From Candidatus Hydrogenedentota bacterium (lineage in GTDB: Bacteria; Hydrogenedentota; Hydrogenedentia; Hydrogenedentales; GCA-2746185): a DNA stretch of 25,599 nucleotides. The translations under genes and the position numbers were made by a program. Of this stretch, positions 15,992 through 25,597 are shown in pieces (position 1 is the stretch's first letter; every line of letters begins with the position of its first letter). The notes beneath the pieces are model-generated. The model did no database searches. It saw nothing but the letters and a program-made list of their open reading frames with translations, and was not told the DNA's origin. The stretch covers positions 1-25,599 of the forward strand of contig JAYGCN010000176.1 of the NCBI GenBank assembly GCA_046583315.1, read 5' to 3'.

Positions 15992-17347
15992 CTACACCAC
16001 CCCGTAGGCGAGCATGGCATCGGCTACTCGTACAAATCCGGCGAGGTTGGAGCCTTTTACGTAGTCGACGTGTTCGCCGTCTCCACCGCCGTAGCGCACG
16101 CATTGGTCGTGGATTTCTTTCATGATGGATTGCAGCTTGGTGTCCACTTCGGCCGCAGTCCATGACAGGCGCAATGAATTTTGCGATTGTTCGAGTCCGG
16201 AAACGGTCACGCCGCCTGCGTTGGCCGCTTTGCTGGGCGCATACATAATTTTCGCGTTTTGGAAGATGTGTACGCCTTCGATCATGGTGGGCATATTGGC
16301 ACCTTCCGCAACGACTTTCACCCCGTGATCAACCAGCATCTGCGCGTCTTCGCCGTTGATTTCATTCTGGGTTGCTGAGGGGAAGGCAATGTCGCAGGGG
16401 ATGCCCCAGGGGCGCTTTCCTTCGTGGTAGTCGCATCCGTATTTCTCGGCGTATTCGCTGATGCGACCGCGTCTCTCATTTTTCAGTTCGCTGATGAACA
16501 GTAGCTTTTCCGTATCGATTCCACCGGGATCGTGTATGAATCCACTTGAATCCGAGGCGGTGACCGGGATTCCCCCCAGATGGAGTAATTTTTCGATGGT
16601 ATGTTGCGCCACGTTTCCGGAGCCGGAGATGACGCAGGTTTTTCCTTCCACTCCGTCCCCGACTCGCTGCAACATTTCCTCGACAAAGTAGACGCATCCG
16701 AAACCCGTGGCTTCTTTGCGAATCTTGCTACCTCCGTATTCGAGCCCTTTACCGGTCAGCGCGCCTGTGAACTCGTTTATCATGCGCATGTATTGGCCAA
16801 ACAGAAAACCGATTTCACGCGCACCAACGCCGATGTCACCCGCGGGTACGTCGGTATCTTTGCCGATATGTTTGGCAAGCTCGGTCATGAATGATTGGCA
16901 GAAGCGCATCACTTCATTGTCGGACTTGCCTTTCGGATTGAAATTCGCGCCGCCTTTCGCGCCGCCCATTGGCAAGGTCGTCAGGCTGTTCTTGAAGGTT
17001 TGTTCAAAAGCCAGAAATTTCAGGATGCTCTCGTTCACCGAAGGATGAAATCGAAGTCCGCCTTTGTACGGTCCGATGGCGTTGTTGCATTGAACCCGAT
17101 AACCTCGATTGACGCGGAAGCAGCCCTCGTCGTCCATCCAGGAGACACGAAAGGTGATGATTCTATCCGGTTCGGTCAGCCGCTCGAGAATACGGGCCTC
17201 CCGATACTTGGGGTTATCGAGCATGTAGCCCATGATCGATTCGGTGACTTCCTGTACCGCCTGATGAAACTCGGGCTGTCCCTGGTTACGCTTGATGAGC
17301 CCGACCATGAAGTGATCGACTTCTTTTTGTACGCTCGCTTCGAGCAT
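15992..17347 (-). CDS. gdhA: NAD(P)-specific glutamate dehydrogenase
   Basis: GPYKGGLRFHPSVN, FEQTFKNSLTTLPMGGAKGG, DVPAGDIGVG, ISGSGNVAQ, EGANMP, KAANAGGV; SD AAGGAG. Confidence 0.97.
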   Translation of the reverse strand: MLEASVQKEVDHFMVGLIKRNQGQPEFHQAVQEVTESIMGYMLDNPKYREARILERLTEPDRIITFRVSWMDDEGCFRVNRGYRVQCNNAIGPYKGGLRFHPSVNESILKFLAFEQTFKNSLTTLPMGGAKGGANFNPKGKSDNEVMRFCQSFMTELAKHIGKDTDVPAGDIGVGAREIGFLFGQYMRMINEFTGALTGKGLEYGGSKIRKEATGFGCVYFVEEMLQRVGDGVEGKTCVISGSGNVAQHTIEKLLHLGGIPVTASDSSGFIHDPGGIDTEKLLFISELKNERRGRISEYAEKYGCDYHEGKRPWGIPCDIAFPSATQNEINGEDAQMLVDHGVKVVAEGANMPTMIEGVHIFQNAKIMYAPSKAANAGGVTVSGLEQSQNSLRLSWTAAEVDTKLQSIMKEIHDQCVRYGGGDGEHVDYVKGSNLAGFVRVADAMLAYGVV

Positions 17348-17376
17348 TGCCTTCTCCTTAACACTACGTATTCATT

Positions 17377-17405
17377 TTGACTACGGAAGGTGTAGCATAT
17401 ATCAT
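17377..17405 (+). promoter_or_regulatory. Sigma-70 promoter of the acyl-CoA dehydrogenase gene
   Basis: TTGACT-N17-TATCAT, 5/6 and 5/6 match to consensus with optimal spacing. Confidence 0.65.
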
Positions 17406-17478
17406 GGTTTTAATCCACAAAAAAACGCAGGCGTGTTTGCGATTCGCGGTGCGAAAACGACTAAGCGAAGGAAATTTC

Positions 17479-18645
17479 ATGGACTTTCAATATACAGAAG
17501 AACAACAACTGATCCGGGAACAGGTCCGCAAGCTGGCCGATGGCTTTGATTTGGACTATTGGCTTGAGCGGGACAAGACGAAGACCTATCCGCACGATTT
17601 TTATCAGGCCTTCGCGGATGCCGGATGGTTGGGAATTGCGATTCCGGAAGAATACGGCGGGGCGGGCCTGGGCATGACGGAAGCCTGCATTCTGCTCCAT
17701 GAGATTTGTGCCTCAGGAGCGGGCACAAGCGGTTCTTCCCCGATACACTTTTCGATTTTTCCGCCCATGCCGATCATCAAATACGGCACTGACGATCAGA
17801 AACAGAAGTATCTTCCCTCAATCGCCAATGGGGAAACCAAACTGGGTTTCAGTATTACGGAACCTGACGCGGGCACCGACACGACCCATATCACGACACG
17901 CGCGGAACGGGATGGCGACGACTATGTCATTACGGGGCGAAAGGTATGGTCGTCGAACCTGCAGAACGCCAGTCGTACGCTGTTGTTGGCGCGCACAACG
18001 TCGTATGAAGAGGTGGACAAGAAAACACTTGGGATGTCGCTGTTCCTTCTGGATTTGAAATCGCCGGGAATCGAAATACGGGAGATCGATAAACTGGGCC
18101 GACATTCTGTTGATTCGAATGAACTCTTCCTGGACGAGGTGCGTGTACCTGCGACGGATCTGGTTGGGGAAGAGGGGCAAGGTTTTTATCATTTAATTTC
18201 CGGCCTGAACACTGAAAGACTATTGGTTGCTGCGGAAGCGATCGGTATTGGACGCGCGGCGTTGGATCTGGCGGTGAGGTATGCCAACGAACGCGTGGTG
18301 TTCAATCGCCCTATCGGCATGAATCAGGGCATACAATTCCCCTTGGCCAAGGCGTATTCTCAATTGGCCACAGCTCAGTTAATGGTGGAGAAAGGCGCGT
18401 GGTTATACGACAACGAACACCCCTGTGGCGCGGAAGCCAACATCGCGAAACATGAGGCTGCCATTGCCGGTTTCGACGCCTGCGACGCGGCGATCCAGAC
18501 GCACGGCGGTATGGGTTATGCCAGAGAATTTCATGTGGAACGGCTGTGGCGGGAAGTGCGTTTGTACAAACTGGCACCTGTGTCGCAAGAGATGGCACTC
18601 AACTTTATCGGCGAACACGTACTGGGTCTGCCGAAGTCGTATTGA
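17479..18645 (+). CDS. Acyl-CoA dehydrogenase family protein
   Basis: IPEEYGGAGLG, FSITEPDAGTD, GRKVW, ERLLVAA, R.VF.RPIG.NQ.IQF, AIQTHGGMGYA.E..VER.WR. Start moved to ATG 17479, after AAGGA. Confidence 0.95.
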   Translation: MDFQYTEEQQLIREQVRKLADGFDLDYWLERDKTKTYPHDFYQAFADAGWLGIAIPEEYGGAGLGMTEACILLHEICASGAGTSGSSPIHFSIFPPMPIIKYGTDDQKQKYLPSIANGETKLGFSITEPDAGTDTTHITTRAERDGDDYVITGRKVWSSNLQNASRTLLLARTTSYEEVDKKTLGMSLFLLDLKSPGIEIREIDKLGRHSVDSNELFLDEVRVPATDLVGEEGQGFYHLISGLNTERLLVAAEAIGIGRAALDLAVRYANERVVFNRPIGMNQGIQFPLAKAYSQLATAQLMVEKGAWLYDNEHPCGAEANIAKHEAAIAGFDACDAAIQTHGGMGYAREFHVERLWREVRLYKLAPVSQEMALNFIGEHVLGLPKSY

Positions 18646-18658
18646 GTCGGAGGGGTTC

Positions 18659-19042
18659 GTGAGCAATCGTATAGAGAATCACGTAAGAATCGTCGCGATG
18701 TTGAATATCATGATCGGCGTGTTGCATCTCATGATCGCGGGGTTGATGGCGTACAACCTTTACGGTGTTGAAACGATTTCGGAAAACCCGGGCATGGCGA
18801 AGGGTCTGATCGTGGTCCTGGGCATCGGCTCGCTTCCCTATGTGCTGGTGGGAATCGCTCTGTTCCTGCGCATGCGTCTTGCGCTACCGGTGGCCATGGG
18901 ATTGGGCGCGCTCATCTTGTTCGAATTTCCGGTGGGTACGCCGTTGGGCATCTACGCGATCTGGTTGTTCGGGTTCAAAGACACCGAGAGCTATTTCAAC
19001 GCGAAGAATCCTAAACTCGAGGTTTATTCTGAATCGGACTGA
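18659..19042 (+). CDS. Small hypothetical membrane protein (127 aa)
   Basis: GTG start after GGAGGGG, 13 nt after the acyl-CoA dehydrogenase stop; 3-4 hydrophobic segments; FPVGTPLGIYAIW motif. Confidence 0.7.
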   Translation: MSNRIENHVRIVAMLNIMIGVLHLMIAGLMAYNLYGVETISENPGMAKGLIVVLGIGSLPYVLVGIALFLRMRLALPVAMGLGALILFEFPVGTPLGIYAIWLFGFKDTESYFNAKNPKLEVYSESD

Positions 19043-19944
19043 GACGTCGGGACGGTTACGGTCGGTTCGCCCGTGAGATAACCGAGCTCTGTGAGGAATC
19101 GGTCCATCTGTCGACAGGATTCCACGTAATCGGACCCGTCTCCTTTGCTCCAGTTGAAGAATCCGTGTGCGCGTTCATCGTACGATGCGAGTTCGCAGAC
19201 GTTTCCGGCGGCCTTCATCGCCTCGGCAAACTTCGAGGCGGTTACAAAGGGCACGGTGGTATCAGCGGTACCGTGAAACAGAATCGTGGGTGGATTGCCT
19301 TGCTGCACATGATGAATGGGCGAGATTGCTTCGTTGTCGACGCCCAACCGTTTACGCAATGAAGCCGCACGTTTGGTGTCCATCGGCACGCCTTCATACG
19401 AAGCGAGCACGGTCGCGGGATTGAATAACACGAGCGCGTCGGGTCGGGAACTTACGGATAGATCTTCGTCGTCATGCTCGAGTTCTGGTACGAGGCCCGT
19501 ACAGGCCGCGAGATGTCCGCCCGCCGAACCTCCACTGGCCACGATGCGTTTCGGGTCAACACCGAGACGTTTCGCGTTTTGCCGAATCCAGCGCACGGCA
19601 GCCTTGGCATCTTTGACGCATTCCACAGCGGGTACATCGTTGCGACTGAGCACACGGTAGTCGGCGACGAAGGCAACCATACCGCGAGAGGCGAGATATT
19701 CTGCGTGTTCCGCGAATTGTTCAGGTGAACCACCGCGCCATCCGCCACCGAAAAAGAATACGATGGCTGGTTTGGGGGCATCGTTGGTCTCGGGAGTGTA
19801 GCGATAGATCTTGAGGTCGAATCCGTTTACCGTTTTGTATACTTCAGCCTCCGAGCCGGGCATGTCGGGCGGGTAGGCACCCAATGCAGAAGCCGTCCAC
19901 GCGAGAATGAGTAGTGCAACGATACAATTGGTGGTACGTTTCAT
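19024..19944 (-). CDS. Exported alpha/beta hydrolase (HSL/BD-FAE-like esterase)
   Basis: Signal peptide; FFGGGW oxyanion loop, GGSAGG nucleophile elbow, FHGTADTTVP (Asp), HGFFN (His); ATG 19944 follows GGAGG. Confidence 0.9.
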   Translation of the reverse strand: MKRTTNCIVALLILAWTASALGAYPPDMPGSEAEVYKTVNGFDLKIYRYTPETNDAPKPAIVFFFGGGWRGGSPEQFAEHAEYLASRGMVAFVADYRVLSRNDVPAVECVKDAKAAVRWIRQNAKRLGVDPKRIVASGGSAGGHLAACTGLVPELEHDDEDLSVSSRPDALVLFNPATVLASYEGVPMDTKRAASLRKRLGVDNEAISPIHHVQQGNPPTILFHGTADTTVPFVTASKFAEAMKAAGNVCELASYDERAHGFFNWSKGDGSDYVESCRQMDRFLTELGYLTGEPTVTVPTSQSDSE

Positions 19945-19968
19945 GTTCACCCTCCGACTCGGTCAGAA

Positions 19969-21147
19969 TTAGGGATCAATAATGACTTCGCGCACGTTGC
20001 TGTGGTCGTGTTCGCCATGACCTTCATGACCGCCTGCGGCCGCTTCAGCCTCGCCCACCTGTTCCATCAACATTTGCTTCAATTGCTCGGCCTGTTTGCG
20101 TTCGAGGAACTTTACGTTACGCTCGATAACCGCATGCTGTACGCCCAGGGAGGTGGCCACTTCACGGCCCCAATAGCTGGGACGGTGCTCGCCGGGAGAT
20201 TGACCAAATGCGAAGGGTAATCCTTTTTGCATCATCGACATGGCGAATTCCTGAGACACGCCGATGAGATTGTCTTCGAGTCCGCAATCGAGGTAAATGT
20301 GCGGCAGCAATTTGGGGGGAATGTTCTCAATCAGAAAGAAGGGATCGTATTGATTGCAGTCTTCCACTGTCAAAAACGGGACACCATTGGGGTAGCGTTC
20401 GTGTTGACGTGTGAATCCTGGAATAGAGATCATTTCGGGTATGTCCGTATCTTTGGGATTGTCGTCCGCTGGCGACGCAACGGATCGCGGCACGGGTTGT
20501 CCAGACTCAATTCGTTCGCGAGCCGTTCGCGCATACCCAAGGGCGCCGCTGTGGGAGGCGATGGAGCAAAACATGTCGGGATGGCGCAATCCGAGAATCA
20601 TGGCTCCGTATCCACCCATGGAGAGCCCGCTGATGGCGCGCCCGGAACGTTGAGCGATTGTGCGGAAGGTTTGATCGACGTTGTGGATGATGTCGTAGAT
20701 GATGAAGTCTTCCCAGTTGTTCAGCTCTTTGCCATCATTTTCGGCCCAGTTGATGTACCACGAATTCCCGACATCGGGCATCACGATGATCATATCGTTG
20801 AAGGTATCGAGGTATTCGGAGACACCCATCATCGGCCACACGGTGTAGTTTTGAGAGAATCCATGCAGCAGGTACAGGACCGGATAATTCTTTTCGGTTT
20901 CTTCGTAGTCGTCGGGAAGAAAAATCATATACTTGGTCAGTCGCGCGATGGAGAGGGCTTCGAATTCGACGATTTTCAGCTCTTTCTCGATGCCCGGTAC
21001 GTCGATGCTGTGAATCAACACTTCAACGTCAACTTCGCCTGTAAGTGCTTCGGCCTTTGTTTTGGCATCCGGAGCATCTTGTCCATAGGCGAGGCTCGTG
21101 ACGAACCCGACTGCTATACATCCTACTATCCAAATCCATCGGCGCAT
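19969..21147 (-). CDS. Exported esterase (putative esterase / FrmB-like alpha/beta hydrolase)
   Basis: Signal peptide MRRWIWIVGC...; YPVLYLLHG, RAISGLSMGGYGA, DCG.ED, PGEH...YW; ATG 21147 follows AGGAG (alternative 21174). Confidence 0.88.
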   Translation of the reverse strand: MRRWIWIVGCIAVGFVTSLAYGQDAPDAKTKAEALTGEVDVEVLIHSIDVPGIEKELKIVEFEALSIARLTKYMIFLPDDYEETEKNYPVLYLLHGFSQNYTVWPMMGVSEYLDTFNDMIIVMPDVGNSWYINWAENDGKELNNWEDFIIYDIIHNVDQTFRTIAQRSGRAISGLSMGGYGAMILGLRHPDMFCSIASHSGALGYARTARERIESGQPVPRSVASPADDNPKDTDIPEMISIPGFTRQHERYPNGVPFLTVEDCNQYDPFFLIENIPPKLLPHIYLDCGLEDNLIGVSQEFAMSMMQKGLPFAFGQSPGEHRPSYWGREVATSLGVQHAVIERNVKFLERKQAEQLKQMLMEQVGEAEAAAGGHEGHGEHDHSNVREVIIDP

Positions 21148-21178
21148 CGTGCGTCTCCTGTTGATCTTGTCCATGTGA

Positions 21179-22114
21179 CTATTTCGTATTGTAGCTTAGT
21201 TCGGGATCGCCCTGCGACTCTCTACGGCTATGCCGCAGGCCTTCAAAGGTGAAAATAATGAGGGAAACCCATATAAATGTAAACGTTACGAGCTGGACCG
21301 AGTCGAAAGGTTCCTTGAAGACGAATACGCCAAGCAAAAAGGTCAGCGAGGGTCCAATATACTGGAAAACCCCGATCGTGGACAGCGGAATACGCTTCAC
21401 GCCTGCGGCAAACAGCATCAGCGGGGCTATCGTAATCGGTCCACTCAGCATAATCAGTAATTTGAGGCCTGTTCCTTCTTCCAGAAAAACGACGGCGCTT
21501 TGGGTACTGAGATAAACGAGATATCCCAGCGCGATCGGGGTCAAAATAATCGCCTCAATCAACAAACCATTAAATGAATCGATCTGAATCTGTTTGCGGA
21601 GCAATCCGTAGGTGCCAAAGGTAATCGGCAGAATGATGGCTATCCAGGGCAGACTGCCGTGCTGGATGATCATGTATCCCACGCCGATACCCGCCAAAAC
21701 GACAGACACTGTCTGGCCGGGCCGCAACCGCTCTCTTAGAAACACCATTCCGAGGAAAACGTTGCATATAGGGTTGATAAAGTACCCCATGCTCGTGTGC
21801 AGCACCCGATCATGGGTCACGGCCCAGGTAAACGCCAGCCAATTTGTCGAAATCAGCAGTGCGGTGATGACCATCATTCCCATGAGACGTCGATTCGTGA
21901 GGTAGCCCTTCAGAACGCCCCATTTTCGCGTGAAGGTAACCGCAAGCAACAACAGAATAATCATCCAAATCACGCGATGGGCGATAATTTCAGTCGCCGA
22001 CACTTGCCGAATCATGCGGAAATAGATGGGGTTCAGCCCCCATATCGTGAAGGCGCCGACCGCACAGATCACACCCTTCTGCGTCTGGTCGGGTATTTGC
22101 TGCTTTGTGGACAA
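21179..22114 (-). CDS. rarD: RarD-type EamA/DMT transporter
   Basis: WG..PIYF, EIIAHRVIW, SMGYFINP..NV.LG..FLRERL, YGLLRK, G.FQYIGP; TTG start after AGGAG. Confidence 0.92.
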   Translation of the reverse strand: MSTKQQIPDQTQKGVICAVGAFTIWGLNPIYFRMIRQVSATEIIAHRVIWMIILLLLAVTFTRKWGVLKGYLTNRRLMGMMVITALLISTNWLAFTWAVTHDRVLHTSMGYFINPICNVFLGMVFLRERLRPGQTVSVVLAGIGVGYMIIQHGSLPWIAIILPITFGTYGLLRKQIQIDSFNGLLIEAIILTPIALGYLVYLSTQSAVVFLEEGTGLKLLIMLSGPITIAPLMLFAAGVKRIPLSTIGVFQYIGPSLTFLLGVFVFKEPFDSVQLVTFTFIWVSLIIFTFEGLRHSRRESQGDPELSYNTK

Positions 22115-22149
22115 GGGCGACTCCTACATCCTGTCACGCCTTGCGTTCA

Positions 22150-23334
22150 TCAGGACTTATTTTCAATCAGGCAACCTATACCCTGTCCGCCGCCTATGCA
22201 CATCGCCGCGATGCCGTAGCGTGCGCCGCGACGTTTGAGTTCGTGGATGAGGGTGGTCACGATGCGCGCGCCGCTACAGCCGATGGGGTGTCCGAGGGCA
22301 ATCGCGCCTCCGTTGACGTTCACTTTATCCGCGTTCATGCCCAATTCTTTAACGACCGCGAGAGACTGTACTGCGAAGGCTTCGTTGAGTTCCCAGAGAT
22401 CGATATCGTCGATGCTGAGGTTGTTGTGCTCGAGCAATTTCCGCACGGACGAAATCGGACCGAGTCCCATCGTCGTGGGACTGCATCCGCTAGACCGCAC
22501 GTCGCGCAGATATACCGCGTTGGAGACATCAACATTATCTGGCACGGCATCTTCAGCGACGATGATCATGGACGCGGAACCGTCGTTGATGCCGGAGGCG
22601 TTCGCGGCGGTCACTGTGCCGTCTTTTTTGAATGCCGCGCGCAATTTTGCGAGTCCTTCGATGGAGGAATTCGCTTTGGGGTATTCGTCTGTGTCGACGA
22701 TGACCTCTTTGCGGCGGTTGAGCGTGGTTACGGCAACAATTTCGTCATCAAACTTTCCGGATTCTTGTGCAGCCGCGCATTTCAACTGACTGCCCAGGGA
22801 AAACTCGTCTTGCTCATCGCGACCGATGGAAAACTGTTCAGCGATATTCTCCGCAGTGATGCCCATGTGATACTGATTAAACACATCGGTAAGGCCGTCC
22901 GCGACCATGCTGTCCACCGCCTGCACATCTCCGAGACGCGCACCGCTGCGCATGGAGGGAAGCAAGTAAGGCGCTTGTGTCATGTTTTCGGTACCGCCTG
23001 CAAGAATCACATTCGCACGTTCGAGCGCGATGGATTGCCAGCCGAGTTCGAGTGCCTTCATGCCGGAGCCGCATACTTTGTTGACGGTGAAGGATGAGAC
23101 GCTTTCGGGGATGCCTGCGCCGATGGAGATCTGGCGTGCGGGATTCTGACCTTGCCCGGCTTGCAACACGTTTCCGTAAATGACTTCGTCGATCTGGTCT
23201 GCGGTCGCGCCGCTTCGGGCGAGGGCTTCGTTGGCGGTGGCGATGCCCAAATCGACGGCGGAGGTATAGCTATAGATTCCGGACATGGCTCCGATGGGGG
23301 TACGATTGGATCCAACAAGTAAAACATTGTGCAT
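22150..23334 (-). CDS. Acetyl-CoA C-acetyltransferase (thiolase)
   Basis: VNKVCGSG (catalytic Cys), HMGITAE, NASGINDG, NEAFA, GGAIALGHPIG, CIGGGQG. Confidence 0.96.
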   Translation of the reverse strand: MHNVLLVGSNRTPIGAMSGIYSYTSAVDLGIATANEALARSGATADQIDEVIYGNVLQAGQGQNPARQISIGAGIPESVSSFTVNKVCGSGMKALELGWQSIALERANVILAGGTENMTQAPYLLPSMRSGARLGDVQAVDSMVADGLTDVFNQYHMGITAENIAEQFSIGRDEQDEFSLGSQLKCAAAQESGKFDDEIVAVTTLNRRKEVIVDTDEYPKANSSIEGLAKLRAAFKKDGTVTAANASGINDGSASMIIVAEDAVPDNVDVSNAVYLRDVRSSGCSPTTMGLGPISSVRKLLEHNNLSIDDIDLWELNEAFAVQSLAVVKELGMNADKVNVNGGAIALGHPIGCSGARIVTTLIHELKRRGARYGIAAMCIGGGQGIGCLIENKS

Positions 23335-23355
23335 GGGGGTACTTCCTTTCGAGGG

Positions 23356-24519
23356 TTAACGCATCAACTCTGCGACGCGGTGAATTTCTTCTTCTGTATT
23401 GTAAAAATGGGGCGACAACCGAATGAAATGCTGTCCTTCACGATTCTTCCGGTACGACACCGATACTTTATGTTGCTTCAATTTCTGATATAGTTCGCCC
23501 AGGTCCTTGTCAGGGTGACTCAGGGATACAATCGCGCTCTTCCACGGTGCTTCCTGTTCGACTTCGTCTAGATAAGGCGAATATCCGAACGGCTTGAAGG
23601 TCTCGACGATCGTCTGCCTCAAGTGCAGCAGTCGCTCCGAAATTGCATCGATCCCAACGTCCCGGATCAGCTTTAATGACGCGTTCATGCCAATAATTCC
23701 GGGCAAATTCAGCATGCCCGGCTCGAAACGCCGACCGCCTATATAGTACCGTATTTTGTCCTGTGCGATGAAGTCTGGCGTGACCACGTTGTAGGCGCCC
23801 AGTAAGGTCGGATTGAGCTCTTTTTGCAGCGATTTGCGCACGTAGAAGATGCCCGCCGCCGCTGGGCCCAACATCCATTTGTGCGAATCGGCGCTCATGA
23901 AATCGACGTGCTCCATCGACGTCGGAAACGCGCCGATCGTCTGGATGCCGTCCAGGAAAAACAAAATGCCGCGCTCGCGAAGGTTACGTCCGATGGTATC
24001 GATATCGATCCGGTATCCGCTCAGAAAGTTGCAGGATGCCAGCGCGACCAAGCGGGTATTCTCCGTGATCGCACCTTCGACAAGATCCCATGTAATGACT
24101 CCGGGCAACTCTGTTTTGAGCGGCACGTGTTTCACGCCCTTCGGCTCAAGGTTCATCCAGGGATAAACGTTCGCGGGATAATCCTCGACATACGAGATGA
24201 CTTCATCGTCGGGATTCCAACCCAACCCGTTGGCGACGAGACTGATTCCCACCGAAGTCGGCCCCAACAACGCAATCTCCAATGCCTGCGCCCCGATCAA
24301 TTCCGCGGCAACAGCCCGGGTTTCCTCGGCTAACGCGAGATGCTCATCGCTCTCCTGATTGTCCAACTCCGACGCCGTGGCAAAATCCCGAATCGCATCC
24401 CCCGCCACCTTGGGCAGAATTGAAACGCCTGCATGGGCCATATAAATACGGTCCTTCACCACGGGGAAATATTCCTGGCGAGTCGCTTCGTCGTTTACTA
24501 TGTCGTCGAGTAGTGCCAT
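23356..24519 (-). CDS. Class-V PLP-dependent aminotransferase/lyase family protein
   Basis: LDGIQ..G, SADSHKWMLGP (PLP lysine), FEPGM.N, RLSPHFYNT.EE. Confidence 0.88.
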   Translation of the reverse strand: MALLDDIVNDEATRQEYFPVVKDRIYMAHAGVSILPKVAGDAIRDFATASELDNQESDEHLALAEETRAVAAELIGAQALEIALLGPTSVGISLVANGLGWNPDDEVISYVEDYPANVYPWMNLEPKGVKHVPLKTELPGVITWDLVEGAITENTRLVALASCNFLSGYRIDIDTIGRNLRERGILFFLDGIQTIGAFPTSMEHVDFMSADSHKWMLGPAAAGIFYVRKSLQKELNPTLLGAYNVVTPDFIAQDKIRYYIGGRRFEPGMLNLPGIIGMNASLKLIRDVGIDAISERLLHLRQTIVETFKPFGYSPYLDEVEQEAPWKSAIVSLSHPDKDLGELYQKLKQHKVSVSYRKNREGQHFIRLSPHFYNTEEEIHRVAELMR

Positions 24520-24522
24520 CGT

Positions 24523-25320
24523 TTAGAGATTCCAAAAGTGGTTGACTGGCCCCGGCCCTTTACCGATATCGAGGCCGTTAATCAGAGCATTATGAACGAA
24601 GTATTTGGCTTTCGCAATTGCTTCGCCTAACTCGAAGCCTTTGGCGTAGTAGGCTGTCAGCGCGGCAGTGAAGGTGCAGCCGGTGCCGTGGTTGTTTGGC
24701 GCATCGAGTTTATCGGCCACAAAGGGGTAGGTTCCGATGCCATCGTAGAGGATGTCGATGGCTTGTCCGCCGAGCAGATGTCCCCCGGTCACCAAAACGA
24801 ATCCTGAACCATACTCAAACAGTTTTATCGCGGCGGCTTCCATGTCATCTTGTGTTGTGATTGTCATACCGGTTAACAACTCCGCTTCGGCGATGTTCGG
24901 CGTGATGACGAGGGCCTTCGGAAACAGAAGTGTCTTCATCGCGTCGAGCCCGGCATCGTCCAATAGGGCCTGGCCGCTCTCCGATCGAATTACGGGGTCC
25001 AAAAAGTAACCCGTGATGTTGGATTTTTCGAGGCAGTCGGAAACCACCTGCACAATTTCGGCATTGACGAGCATGCCCGACTTTACAGCACTCACCCCGA
25101 TGTCGGACACGACGCATTCGATCTGTTGTCGCACGAATTCAGGCGACACCGCTTCAACCGCGTGTACGCCTTCAGTATTCTGGGCAGTCAGCGCAGTGAT
25201 GGCGGACATTCCGTGGCCCTTCAGCGCGGCGAAGGTTTTTAGGTCGGCCTGAATGCCTGCGCCGCCGCCACTGTCGCTGCCGGCGATGGTTAATATGCAG
25301 GGGATAGTTTCGTCAGCCAT
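24523..25320 (-). CDS. thiD: Hydroxymethylpyrimidine/phosphomethylpyrimidine kinase
   Basis: LTIAGSDSGGGAGIQADLKTF, TALTAQNT, KSGML, DPV, ITPN..EAE.L, HGTGCT, G.GPVNH. Confidence 0.96.
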   Translation of the reverse strand: MADETIPCILTIAGSDSGGGAGIQADLKTFAALKGHGMSAITALTAQNTEGVHAVEAVSPEFVRQQIECVVSDIGVSAVKSGMLVNAEIVQVVSDCLEKSNITGYFLDPVIRSESGQALLDDAGLDAMKTLLFPKALVITPNIAEAELLTGMTITTQDDMEAAAIKLFEYGSGFVLVTGGHLLGGQAIDILYDGIGTYPFVADKLDAPNNHGTGCTFTAALTAYYAKGFELGEAIAKAKYFVHNALINGLDIGKGPGPVNHFWNL

Positions 25321-25324
25321 GGTC

Positions 25325-25597
25325 TTATCCCAAAATTCCGGCGATACACGCGGTCATAAATACAGCCAGCGTTCCCGCGATGAGTGATTTCAACCCCAAC
25401 GCAGCAATTTCGCCGCGACGTTCGGGAACGAGTCCTGAGAGACCGCCGATGAGGATACCGAGACTACCGGGGTTGGCAAATCCACACAGCGCGTAGGTGA
25501 GAATGGTGATAGAGCGCGGACTGAGCTTTCCTGCTTCGAGCATGGAGCCCATAGATTCGTACGCGAGGAATTCGTTGACGACGGTTTTGGTGCCGAG
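25325..25597 (-). CDS. NupC/CNT-family nucleoside transporter, C-terminal part (5' end lies outside the window)
   Basis: Frame is open to the window edge: [13 protein letters not shown]...[19 protein letters not shown]....[10 protein letters not shown]...AGTLA..MTACIAG. Confidence 0.92.
   Translation of the reverse strand, partial: LGTKTVVNEFLAYESMGSMLEAGKLSPRSITILTYALCGFANPGSLGILIGGLSGLVPERRGEIAALGLKSLIAGTLAVFMTACIAGILG

Noticed and set aside
18425..18658. Apparent 205-aa ORF overlapping the acyl-CoA dehydrogenase 3' end
   Set aside because: The real start is probably GTG 18659 with a strong SD; the upstream part is shadow sequence
18644..19959. GAGTCGGAGGG occurs in inverted orientation upstream of two convergent genes, like terminal inverted repeats
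   Set aside because: Only 11 nt and mostly Shine-Dalgarno; no transposase or target-site duplication
20227..23097. 341-aa and 330-aa plus-strand ORFs
   Set aside because: Antisense shadows of the esterase and the thiolase
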